Positions 1 through 10,208 of a stretch of DNA of 64,000 bases are shown one piece after another. Below the pieces are notes generated by a model, which saw only the letters and a list, made by a program, of their open reading frames with translations, had not been told where the DNA came from and searched no databases. The position numbers and the translations under genes were made by a program. Numbering within the stretch: the first letter of the stretch is position 1; the number at the start of each line of letters is the position of its first letter. Source of the stretch: a virus; the IMG/VR virus record IMGVR_UViG_3300049043_000066, positions 2,424 through 66,423 of that record. One strand, given 5' to 3'.

Positions 1-139
1 TCTCACATCACGTCTCCTACTTGACGAACCTGGCAATCGGTGGTAAGATGAGTGTTGAAGATGCCTATACGGAGATTAAAAAACTCTATAAGGCAATGAA
101 ACAATCTCACAAATCATTGAAAGGTTCTTGGTTTTAATT

Positions 140-749
140 ATGACTGACTTTGATGTACAAAAGTATTCACTCGAACAACTTAAAGAATGGGTGGATAATG
201 CAGTTTTATCATCAGAAGCATCACCACAGGAAATTTATGACTGTTATTAGAAGTCTGTAGATTGAGAATCTATCATTACTTCAAGTATCACACTGAGTCG
301 TTGATATGAACTTCTGAGCACTGTTGAATGGTAACGGTAAGGGGCACATTGAAGCATATGATGATTATGTCAAAGAAGTTTTGAGAGAAAGAGAGTATTA
401 TGAGGGCAAAGATGACGGTATGCGTCCTTGGGGACACAGTGATTTAGAATATCAAATTGCAAACGAATCTTTATCCTGTGATAAAGATGATACATCACCA
501 GAATGTCAAGGTGCGTGGAATGACTTTGGGAAGAATATTACTACCCAGAAGAACGTTAAAAAAGATAAAGTCGTGAAATGGCAACTTCCTGTTGAAGCAG
601 ATGCAAGTGGTGAGTATTTTGTTCAGTTCCCGATGATTTACTTGATGCAGCAAATCTTAAAGAAGGAGATACTGTGGAATGGGTTGATAATACTGACGGA
701 ACATATACATTGCGTAAAGTAACAAACCACGTAAAATTAGGAGTGCTGA
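140..749 (+). CDS. Phage protein with C-terminal AbrB/SpoVT-like domain (frameshifted; left-arm copy)
   Basis: WQLPVEADASGEYFVQFPDDLLDAANLKEGDTVEWVDN resembles a swapped-hairpin AbrB fold. Mirror at 28220-28836. Confidence 0.55.
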
Positions 750-978
750 TGGCTCTATCACAATCAGTTGAAGAATCACTGAAGGAAGCAGAAGCATCAC
801 TTAGGAATGCACTTGCATATGCTAGCACGCCAAGAACGTCCTATGGTTTGTTCAGTCATTGCTGATCTTATACATCGCATTGAATCACTTCAAAGCACTG
901 ATGCAATTCATAGATAAACTTGAAAACCGCAAACCAGGAGATTCTGGATCATTTGGCACCTTCTTTGATAAAAATTAA
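749..978 (+). CDS. Hypothetical cyanophage protein (MALSQSVEESLKEAE...)
   Basis: Intact mirror ORF at 27993-28226. Confidence 0.6.
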
Positions 979-1240
979 GCTAATGTAAAGCAATCCCGAA
1001 GAGATTATTAAATGCCATACATAATAATGAAAATATATGTTAGGATTTCAAGATAATCACGGGAGCAAAAACTTATGTCACATTCATCCAAACACTCAGA
1101 AAAATCTGAATAATGATGAGTGGAAAGATATGACTGCAATCAAAAATGCAATCGATTATGATATTTCACAAGTTGCATCCAGAAAATGGAAGCATTTACT
1201 GAATATCTGGTAAGAAGTTTGAGAGAAAAAGGTGGTTGAA

Positions 1241-1276
1241 TTAAAAATAGCTCACCTTTAAAGTGTTCCTATAATG
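1241..1276 (+). promoter_or_regulatory. Repeated phage promoter motif A (AAATAGCTCACC-n-AAAGTGTYCTATAAT)
   Basis: Intergenic. Recurs at 5881-5916 and 7128-7163 and ends in a -10-like TATAAT/TATAGT upstream of ORFs. Confidence 0.65.
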
Positions 1277-1289
1277 AAACTCATTTACT

Positions 1290-1875
1290 ATTTTGACACA
1301 TCTCATTGATCATCTTGAAACTGGTGTGAACTGGAACAAAGTTTTTGGGAGTTGTAGATTCTACTTTACTCTGACAGAGGATTCTCTTCAAATGCAGACA
1401 ACTTTTGCCCGGTGCCACCGCCGTATTAGAAAAAGCACTTGCGGAGTTTTCTGATCTTGTTAGAGTTGATAAGACTGGTTATGATTTTATTTGGGAAGAT
1501 GAGACTGGAAAGCTTCATCAAAATTGAGATGAAGATGGGGCAGAATCTTTTTTACAAACGCAAAGATATTCACGCAACTAAAAAGTTCAAGGTCAAGTTT
1601 TTTATCCGAAAAGAAAACTGTAGAGGATTTCAAAAGATCTACTTACGATTATCTTTTGGTTCTTGATTTGACAGCACGTCGGGTTGTTGTTCTGGAAGAT
1701 GAAGTTGCACGTTCACTGTATCAAGAGGGTGCAGATGGTGCGATGATTGAGATCAAACTGTGATTATTACCAGTGTGATATTGGTGAAGTCAATTCAATT
1801 CTTCCTCCGACTTCACTCTCACAGAAGATTGATAAGCAATCGAAGAGTATCTTGACTTTCGATGTGACACCTAGA
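1290..1875 (+). CDS. PD-(D/E)XK nuclease-like protein (frameshifted; left-arm copy)
   Basis: Reconstructed EKAL...TGYDFIWED...KIEMKMG and YDYLLVLD fit a restriction-like D...ExK motif. Confidence 0.5.
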
Positions 1876-1916
1876 ACTGGCACAAGAGATCTTGTAAGGT
1901 GCCCTTTGATGCTTTA

Positions 1917-2008
1917 TCTAATATAATGCTTAATCGTGGTTGTTTAAGCAAAGGGGAGCAGAAATGCTCCTTTTTTATTATAAATAAGTATAACCACGAT
2001 TAAAGCAG
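1917..2008 (+). ncRNA. Putative antisense sRNA/terminator/late-promoter cassette upstream of GIY-YIG endonuclease 1
   Basis: TGCTTAATCGTGGTT (1927-1941) is complementary to leader AACCACGATTAAAGCA (1992-2007). Hairpin GGAGCAGAAATGCTCC plus T-run at 1955-1976; TATAAATA at 1979-1986. Confidence 0.55.
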
Positions 2009-2638
2009 ATGGAATACTACACTTAACTGCTATTTGCGTGAAGATGGAACACCTTATTATATTGGTAAAGGGAAAGGAAAAAGATGGTATTATAAGTATG
2101 GAAAGAATTGCAAACCACCAAAAGATAGAAGTAGAATAATAAAATTAAAACAGAACCTAACTGAAGAAGAAGCATTTAGGCACGAAATCTATATGATTGC
2201 AGTGTTTGGTAAAAAGTGTGATGGGACTGGCATATTGATGAATGTTGCTGATGGTGGCAATGCTCCTCCTAAAATCTATGGAGATAAACATCATATGAAA
2301 ACTGAAGAATATAAGAAAAGAGTGAGTGAGAAACTTAAAAGGTGAAAAATAACCAAGATGGGGGAAGGAACCTTGGAATAAAGGAAACCAATTCAAGAGG
2401 AAGTTAGGAAAAAATAATTGGTGAAGGTAATGGGCAGTCTAAATGGTGGAAATTAACTTTTGCTGATGGCAGAGAACTGTAATGTGTGGATTGTCTAATT
2501 GGTGTAAGTAATGGTTATAGTAAGGGATGTTTAGGTAGAGTTGCAAAAAGGAAAGAAGGTAGAAAAAAACATAAAGATATTGTGGCAGTTGAGGAACTGG
2601 CACACCCACCCACACAAGAGGTGCAGAATACCCTATAA
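2009..2638 (+). CDS. GIY-YIG family homing endonuclease 1 (frameshifted; left-arm copy)
   Basis: MEYYT.AYLREDGTPYYIGKGKGKR...EEEAFRHEIYMI...GILMNVADGG, followed by NUMOD3-like KRVSEKLKG...PWNKG. Confidence 0.8.
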
Positions 2639-2640
2639 TA
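2582..2640 (+). promoter_or_regulatory. Early promoter motif B (GAACTGGCACA ... TATAAT) overlapping the endonuclease stop codon
   Basis: Same GAACTGGCACA core as 1873-1883, 31727-31786, 34093-34151 and 35291-35348. Confidence 0.6.
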
Positions 2641-2669
2641 CATTTGTTGATTTGAGGAACCCCTGATCT

Positions 2670-3076
2670 GTGACAAGAAGTCGCATCGGCTCTTGAACTC
2701 TCTGATGGTTCTGTCCTGTCTGCCTATCATCATTGGGATGGTTATCCTTCCTGGTTGGGTCGTATTCTGAAGACTCACTACAACACCAAGACAAAGTTGC
2801 TGAACTGATTGATGGTGGTGATATGAGTTCTGCGTGGACTAACACTGGTTTCAACAATGAAACTGTAGAGCAAGGTCGCTCTGTACTACTCTTCCCGTGG
2901 TGAAGATTGCCCCCCTGTCTTGATAAGAACCTGGGTGAGTATCTTCAGGACAGCGAAGAGTACTGGTTACGTCTATCACTCGGGAACCGAAGGTTGGTCT
3001 TGTGCTATGATACCTGTGACTGGCACGAAACCTATCTTGAACAACAAGAAATCCCTCTGGAGCACTTGCAGTATGA
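2670..3076 (+). CDS. Conserved hypothetical phage protein (MTRSRIG...YHHWDGYP)
   Basis: Mirror ORF at 26054-26305; the HWDGYP motif is common in myovirus early proteins. Confidence 0.6.
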
Positions 3077-3443
3077 CTCAAACTGAACGTAAGTATCTGA
3101 TTGTAACTGTACTTGGTGTGGTGGCAATCGTTGGTTGGAATGTATTTTGTATCCAACGTGATGCTGTAATGTTTAAGGTATATGCTATAATCAACAAGCA
3201 ACTCAAAATCAAAGATGATAGAGTTTCTCATCATTTCAGCAGCATTTGCCTGGGCATTCTTTGCACTATTTTCCAAACACTTTGATTACCTGAGTAAAAA
3301 ATGATTCCTGAACGTATTTCAACAACTGATTCAACAAGCAGAACAAAGCAAAGAAGCAGAAGAGTTCTGGCAAGAAGTCTGCAATCGAACTTGCAGAGAA
3401 ACACCAGGTAACCTGCGACCACACCTTGGCAGAGTTCTACTAA

Positions 3444-3546
3444 TCTAATATACTGTGCTCTAATTAGGTGACACTATAGATAGAGGAGGAGCAGAAATGC
3501 TCCTTTTCTTGTATAAATATTAAGTCACCTAATTTAAGAAGCAGTT
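3444..3546 (+). ncRNA. Putative antisense sRNA/terminator/late-promoter cassette upstream of GIY-YIG endonuclease 2
   Basis: AATTAGGTGAC (3462-3472) is complementary to leader GTCACCTAATT (3524-3534). Identical hairpin GGAGCAGAAATGCTCC at 3488-3503; TATAAATA at 3512-3519. Confidence 0.55.
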
Positions 3547-4234
3547 ATGTCTCACCAAGGCAAGAGTCACTGTGTCCATTGTATTTTTACGGGAAAGAAA
3601 TACATTGGAGAGACAGTTAAAAATCATTTGAATTATAGAATTGCAGAGCATTTTGCAGATTGTAGAAATTACAATCATAAATTTGCAAATGCTTTAAAAA
3701 AATATGGGAAGAAATGGATTTATATGGGGAGTAATTGAAGAAGTGTGATTTTGATATGTTGAATGATAAAGAGATATACTGGATAGAACATAGGACACAT
3801 TTAATAATGGATATAACTCAACAATAGGTGGGGAATCAAGCCAAAGTATATGCCAAAGGAGATTGTAGAAACTCCAACTTTGATATGAAAGAAATTAAAA
3901 ATCTATCTCAATATTGTAGATATAATAACTTAAATATTGCACACGTTCATGAAACTTTTTATGGAAAAGATTACAACATAAAGGTTATAAATTAATTCAA
4001 GAACTGATGAAGAAATTGAAAGATATGAAAATGAAAGAAAAGGTAAGAGAAGATACAAGTAGAAAAGGTTTACCTGGTGATAGAAATGGAAGAGCAATAC
4101 TTGATTGGAATAAAGTTTATGAAATAAGAAATCTACACACCAGAAATATACAAAAATCAAGAAATAGCAGATATGTTTGGAATTAAACTCTGACATTAGA
4201 AAAAATAGTTTCCAATAAACTATGGACGGTTTAG
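3547..4234 (+). CDS. GIY-YIG family homing endonuclease 2 (frameshifted; left-arm copy)
   Basis: Mirror copy reads GKIYCVHCIFTGKKYIGQT...R..EH...E.YWI...GYNST.GG, with a C-terminal HTH-like segment. Confidence 0.8.
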
Positions 4235-4274
4235 GAACCGAACACTTGACTTTTGCCCACAAAACTTTTATGAT
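4224..4274 (+). promoter_or_regulatory. Sigma70-type early promoter (motif B variant)
   Basis: TTGACT-17 bp-TATGAT; upstream motif overlaps the endonuclease 2 stop. Confidence 0.65.
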
Positions 4275-4706
4275 GTATCTGTTAAACAAAAGAGGTTAAT
4301 GGTACAAAGTTTTATTTAATTGATTATTTTGTTCCTCAAATTTCCAATGGGAATATGGTGGATTGCTTGTAGTTGTTGCAGAAAACGATGAAGAATGTTT
4401 TGATGTTGTTGTTGAATGGGAAATGAAACTTGGACAGAGCATTATAGCAAACTTCGTGAATGTTGTAAAGGATAATGCTTTGCACTTTTGGAAAATGAAG
4501 ACTCAAAAGTTGTAGAGGCATTTACAACGTGACACAAAACATTGAACATACTAACAGAATGATCAACCAACTTAAGTTTCAGTATCAAGGACGTATCACT
4601 GAATTGCAACAAAAGATTACAGAACAACAGCAAGAGATTTTACAACTGCAAGAGCAGATTAAACTGCTCTCATACGTCAAAGATTATGATTGTTAATTTT
4701 TGATTT

Positions 4707-4895
4707 ATGAAACCATCTTTTGCCAAGGGTATTATCGTTCAGCATAAAAATTGGGTGGGAGAAGTTCGTTTTGTTTGCGAAGAATACATCTCAATTTGTG
4801 TTCGTGTCGGAAACAATCGAGCAAACGATATTTGTGTCTTGGTGTATAGAGATGATTGGAGCACAGTTAAGTTGCTGAAAGAATCTGGTAAATGA
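4707..4895 (+). CDS. Hypothetical cyanophage protein
   Basis: Intact 62 aa ORF, identical in mirror 24083-24271. Confidence 0.6.
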   Translation: MKPSFAKGIIVQHKNWVGEVRFVCEEYISICVRVGNNRANDICVLVYRDDWSTVKLLKESGK

Positions 4896-5158
4896 AGAAG
4901 AAGTCTAAAGGATTACTTTATTACATCTATTGTGCTCTTGGTGAAAAGTCTCATCCAAACTGCAATAAAACAGCAGATCGTGTTGCTCTCATTCGTCTTT
5001 TGATTGCTTTACAACTGATTATCACTAACTTTTTTATTATTGGCGGGGTAATAGTTAATATTATATCAATACATCGTCATTGGAATGATGTGCCTAAGGC
5101 CAAGTTCGACAAATACATAAAAAGTATTTGTAGAGATGAAACCTATATTAAAGATTAA
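4892..5158 (+). CDS. Hypothetical membrane protein
   Basis: 88 aa ORF with hydrophobic segment; mirror 23820-24086. Confidence 0.6.
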   Translation: MKKKSKGLLYYIYCALGEKSHPNCNKTADRVALIRLLIALQLIITNFFIIGGVIVNIISIHRHWNDVPKAKFDKYIKSICRDETYIKD

Positions 5159-5190
5159 AAAGGAGGGGTTTTATCCCCTCCTTTAGTTTT
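5157..5190. terminator. Bidirectional intrinsic terminator
   Basis: AAAAGGAGGGG-TTTTAT-CCCCTCCTTT between convergent genes; mirror 23789-23821. Confidence 0.8.
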
Positions 5191-5388
5191 ATTTGGAACT
5201 TACAAAGTCATTGATGACTTCTGCTTGTTGCAGAACTGATTCAAAGTTGGATATTTTTCAGCAAAGTCTGCTGAGATTAAACCATCTGGATTTTGTCGTT
5301 GTGCTATTTCAAACTTCATACTGTAATCATCTTGTAGCATATTGTATGCTTGCTTAAAAATCTCAAAACGTAATTCATAAGGTGTCAT
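5189..5388 (-). CDS. Conserved hypothetical cyanophage protein (MTPYELRFEIFKQA...)
   Basis: RBS aggaga; intact mirror at 23588-23788. Confidence 0.65.
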
Positions 5389-5469
5389 AGGTATTCTCCT
5401 GTGTAATGTGTGTGATGTGTAGTACATCAAAGTATATATTAGAATAAATATCTAAAAAAGTCAAGTATA

Positions 5470-5880
5470 ATGAAAACCTTTCAGCAGTTTTGTGAAGATG
5501 CTGCATCTCAATACAGAGCAGGAGAACTAGCATATCAATCATCAGCACCTGCAAGACTTGCTGCTCGTCGTGCCGCTGCTTATGAACGATCAAGAACTCG
5601 TGGAAAAGATTTTGCTGCTAAATCAAAACAAAGACTGCAAGCACAAAAAGAAAGACACGCACAAATAAGACAAGATTATAAAAGAGTAAGTCAAAGAGAG
5701 GATTTGCAATTAGAGCAAGTCCCAGTTATGAAGTCGAATGAATATAATAAGCAAATTGCAAGACGCCAAGCAACTCAAAAGTCAGCACATATTAAACACG
5801 TTCATAGTGAAATTGGCGCAGAAGCAAGAGCACAACAAGCAGCAAAACAATCAAGACTTAAGACAATTATGAGTCGTTGA
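5470..5880 (+). CDS. Hypothetical late protein (MKTFQQFCE N-terminus)
   Basis: 136 aa ORF preceded by late-promoter-like ATAAATA; MKTFxxF start is typical of T4-like head-associated proteins. Confidence 0.6.
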   Translation: MKTFQQFCEDAASQYRAGELAYQSSAPARLAARRAAAYERSRTRGKDFAAKSKQRLQAQKERHAQIRQDYKRVSQREDLQLEQVPVMKSNEYNKQIARRQATQKSAHIKHVHSEIGAEARAQQAAKQSRLKTIMSR

Positions 5881-6539
5881 ATTAAAATAGCTCACCTCCA
5901 AAGTGTCTTTATAGTGTAAGCAACTTATCTAAAATGGATCACTTTGATGATTTGCAAATTGAAGAGTTTTCTTCCTTTGATTTTGTTGAAGAAATGAATG
6001 AACGTCTCCTTGAAGAGGAGGATAACAAATCTTTTGATGCTTTTTTGAACTCTAATGTTGATTTTTGATTATGACTCCTGTAAGCTCTAATTTTAATGGT
6101 GATGTTGTTACCTTCCTTGGTTTGGTTGGCGTTATTTCAACGTTTATTATTCTTGTCTCGGTTTTTCGTTCCTATTACAATTCTCCTCTTTGTAAATGAC
6201 CGAAACTATTCTGAACGTGCTTTCTCACCTTAAAAGAGTCTCCAAAATTGCTTGGAGGAAACAAGATTTTATTTTTCAAATCAACAACAAGTAGAAGAGC
6301 ACTGACTCTTCTAATTGCAACTCGCTCAACGTGTGCGTCAATTTTATACTGAAGGTCTGTGTGTCTAAAGGTAGAGCAAACGGACTGATACAATCAAAGA
6401 TGCTAAAAAGAGTGTCCAAAGAACGACGAAAACCTTCCAGGACTTTATTACTGAAGCAAGAAAAAGGTTCAACCTATGTTAAAAGACCTATTGAACACAA
6501 ACTTGGCCTGATATTGGTCCTGGAAAGAAGGAGTATAAT

Positions 6540-7123
6540 GTCGTAACTTCTAAAGGTTATCCTAAAGAAGCATACGACGCCAGTGTGATGAGTTCTTCAC
6601 AAACCTGCTCGCACTGGTGAAGGTGTGGACGTATTGGTGCTGAACGTAAGAAAACTCGAACCTGAGAGCACGCAGATACGAAGGCTCGTCGGTGGGGGAA
6701 AATGGAACCTGCTAAAGAATACAAACCGCGCAAGATATTGGTGTTCAAAGACCAACATCCACAAGAGTTCGAACAACCTGAAAGAGAAAGAGGTTCTGCT
6801 GCATTATCACCTGAAGGAGGCACAACGCAAAGCAGACGCGAAAGAAAAGCAAAGAAAAAGAGGGGAATGGGCAACGAACAACCGCATCACGAGCTCTTTA
6901 GAACGAAAAAGAAAGAAACTGTTTCTATCAGACCGATCAACCACAAAAAGCATCTGGAAAAACAAGAGCAGAACGAGATCGAGAAAGAAATAAAGCAAAG
7001 AGTGAAATGTTGAGGCAAAGAAAAGCAAAATTATTTGCTGACTATAAAGAAGTTCACGGCAAAAATCCAACAGGAAAAGAAACAAGATTGCTTGGTTTAG
7101 TTCATCAATCTATGAAAGGTTGA
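6540..7123 (+). CDS. Hypothetical basic, charged cyanophage protein (frameshifted)
   Basis: Overlapping K/R/E-rich ORF fragments 6625-6993 and 6702-7013; mirror ~21880-22430. Confidence 0.4.
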
Positions 7124-7395
7124 GTTATTAAAGTTACTCACCTCGAAAGTGTTCTGTAGTATAAGCACTCTGAGAGCACCTTGAGAATCGACTACAACGT
7201 TATGGAAACTGTGACTGTGAGGGTTGATACCTTAAAACGTCTAATTAGTAGACTTGCAGGATGCAGTCAACGTCTGCTATAATGTTGACTCATCTGAGAG
7301 CGACAGCTTACGAAAAAACCTATCCTTTTGCGACAGGTTATCTCGTTGCTGCGATGAACTCGTGTGATTGACGACCTTAACAACATTCTGAACAA

Positions 7396-8315
7396 GTGAT
7401 TACTCTTCGTCCTCATCAACATCGTGCTGTTGCTGCTATGCAAAAGCACAACAAAGGTCAAGTGATTGTGCCTACTGCAGGCGGAAAAACGTTGAAAGAT
7501 GATTGTAGATACTCTGCGTCAGTTTCAGTCAGAAACTCCACAGACTGTTGTAGTTGTTGCTCTCGCGTATTCTGCTCGCTGAGCAACTCTCTGCCGAGTT
7601 TTTGGAGCACGTTGTTGACCCTATGGTTCGTATTCTTCACGTTCACAGTGGAGAAACCTCACCACCAATCTACTACCAATCCTGATGTGATTTACGATTG
7701 GGCAGTGCAAACTACAACGCGTCATCGACTCATCTTCACCACCTACAATTCTCTGAATCGTATTCAAGAGTCTGGTATTGATGTGGATACGATCTACTTT
7801 GACGAGGCACACAATAGCGTCCAACGTCACTTCTTCTTCCTGCAACGGAACACTTTGCTGCTAATGCAAGGCGTTGCTACTTCTTCACTGCAACTCCGGA
7901 AAACATTCGACTGCACTCCTTGGCTAAACCTGGAATGAATCAATGCTGATGTCTATGGTCAGGTCATCTGTCAGCGTTCCTGCTCCTGAACTCGTGGATG
8001 GGGGGATACATTACTGCCTCCTAAAGTTGTGGTCGAAGCAGTTTGCCGTATTGGTCACCGATCGTCAGGTAACTGCCGAGTGCGACAGTGATGCAATCTT
8101 AACTGGAGACGCTTGATGAGCATTGAGCGTCAGAAAATCTTGGTCGCGCTCGCATCCTGCCAAGCAACTCATCGGCCTGGTGTCGCTATCCTGACTGCTG
8201 CTTCGCAGCTGGATCATCGTGGCTGTACTCTTGGATGACGATTGCCTCCAAGACGGGCGCGGTTATTGATGGTAAGAAAGGTGGACCGTGAGGTAGTTCT
8301 TTGATACTCTCAATG
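7396..8315 (+). CDS. SF2 (DExH, type III Res-like) helicase, 3'-truncated at the junction (left-arm copy)
   Basis: LRPHQ Q-motif, VPTAGGKT, TTYNSL, YFDEAH, FTATP. Confidence 0.8.
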
Positions 8316-8562
8316 TTCAGGTATTCAACTCTGAATTGGGAAGATTTACTGAGAAAGTGTGCAACTTGTCAGGCAATCAAGCTATTATATCAGCATTACA
8401 AGATGATAGAACAAAGGAAAAGATAGAACAAAATTTAAAATTATTGAATGAAGATCTTAATATTAAAAGGATACATAGGAAGATCAACGATTATTTGAAA
8501 TTAATCAATAAAGAAGCTAGAACAAGATACTACACAGGAATGAAGGAAGAGGTTAATTATCC

Positions 8563-9340
8563 TTAATCTTCATCAGGATTAAGTTCGTTAAGTAATCCTA
8601 CTTCTCTCTCAGCATATAAACTTGAGGATAATGTTTAAAAATACAACACCATCGTGTATGCTGTTTTTTAATATAAATTATTGTATTCTTATCTAACCCT
8701 AGATATTCTTGTAAGAAATATTTAATTCTTCCACTTGCTGATGAAGGAAAATAAACAAAACAATGACTCTCGTTGAGAATGCGTCTGGTATCTTTGCCAT
8801 TGGTGGGCAAATGATTGGTCACGATAACATATGTCCGAGTATGTCTACCACATTCCAACAACTGGTTGAGTATCTTATATACGGCTTCCCGTTGCTTTTT
8901 ATCAGGAATTACATCTATATCATCAAAAATGCAAACAGAATCTGCGAGATCCTCTAAAGTTATAGGGTCCTCTATTAAAGTCTCATCGATGGTTATTCGT
9001 TGCGGATTTACACTGTCTAAACTTTCATCTTGACCTATTGCGGAAAATAAATATATTGGTATCTCTTTTTCTTCTTTTTCAATTCTTCTATATACTTCCT
9101 AGTGAAAGTAGATTTACCAGAACCACTTGGTCCTGTAATATATACAATTTGACGCTCAGTAGTTAAATCTGGAACTAATTGAAATTTTGACTCATTAGAA
9201 ATAGATAATCTTTTAAACTCTTTCATTATAGTATCATCGTCTTTATCATTCTGTTGATCTGTTACACTTACTAACATGTTATGGTATTTACCTTTATCCA
9301 CTCTACATAATGGTTTTCCAACTTTGTTTAAGTTTAACAT
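8563..9340 (-). CDS. A32/FtsK-HerA-like packaging ATPase (duplicate copy, frameshifted)
   Basis: GPSGSGKST, VCIFDDID, LECGRH..YVIVTNH. Confidence 0.75.
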
Positions 9341-9505
9341 TATTATATAAATATGCATATATTTTATATAATAATGTAAATAATCCAAATGGTTCTAAAA
9401 TCTCAAATAACATGTTGAATTAGGCTAATTGCTTCATAAATTTAAGCCTAATTTATATTATATAAAGTTAAAATTATTTTCTATATTATTGTTAAATAAT
9501 CGCAA

Positions 9506-9684
9506 ATGGATGTAGAAAGTCAAAAAACATGTGAAATACCAGGCAGTCCATGTAAAGAAAAGCCAAAACAACGCTGTCCTGTATGTGGTGCTCAATTATT
9601 CTAGAAACAGTATAGAAGCACTCTAAAACAAAGAAACATTTAGACGCATTGTTTGTTATGCATGATAGATTTGAAATAAAATAA
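9506..9684 (+). CDS. Small C2H2 Zn-finger protein (duplicate copy)
   Basis: RCPVCGAQL...H.KTKKH. Confidence 0.55.
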
Positions 9685-9908
9685 ATATAGTATAAAGTAA
9701 AGTATGATGAGAATGAAAGTGTTTAAAAATGTGGAACTTGATATGGATGCATCAGGAGCTACTGATGACGACTTAGTTGATCACCATAATGACACTAAAA
9801 AGAAAATAATTATATGTCCTTGTTGCGGTGTATTATTTGATCCTAAAACTAAAGAGCTACAAGTGATAACTTTCAGCAGGAGATATAAAAGATCTAACAG
9901 AACAGTAT

Positions 9909-10207
9909 ATGATGGAGGTAGTAATACAACAGAGCAGAAAAAAGGGAAGAAGCTGGACGCAGTGATTGATGGAAAGAAAACCGTCTCTTTTGGTCAGAAA
10001 AATGCATTTTCAGACTTTACGCTTCATAAGGACTAGGAGAGAAAGAATAGGTATATCGCCAGACATCAGAAGAATGAGAACTGGCAAGATCCTAAAACAC
10101 CTGGATTTTATAGTCGATGGATCCTCTGGAATAAACCTACCATTCAAGCTTCAGTGAATGATATTAATAAAAGGTATAAGAATATTAATTTTATCTTTAA
10201 GAATTAA
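9909..10207 (+). CDS. DUF5754-like giant-virus/PLV-associated protein (duplicate copy)
   Basis: KKLDAVIDGKKTVSFGQK..SDFTLHKD...YIARH...PGFYSRWILWNKPT. Confidence 0.65.
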
Positions 10208-10208
10208 T

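Larger units (their letters stand above)
1..8315 (+). repeat. Left arm of giant inverted repeat (cyanomyovirus early region); reverse complement of ~20716-28975; probably an assembly artefact
   Basis: Same ORFs appear on opposite strands, e.g. 2034+/26941-, 4707+/24271-, 5470+/23506-, 7396+/21609-. Base 1 (tctcacatcacg) pairs with 28975. Confidence 0.95.
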
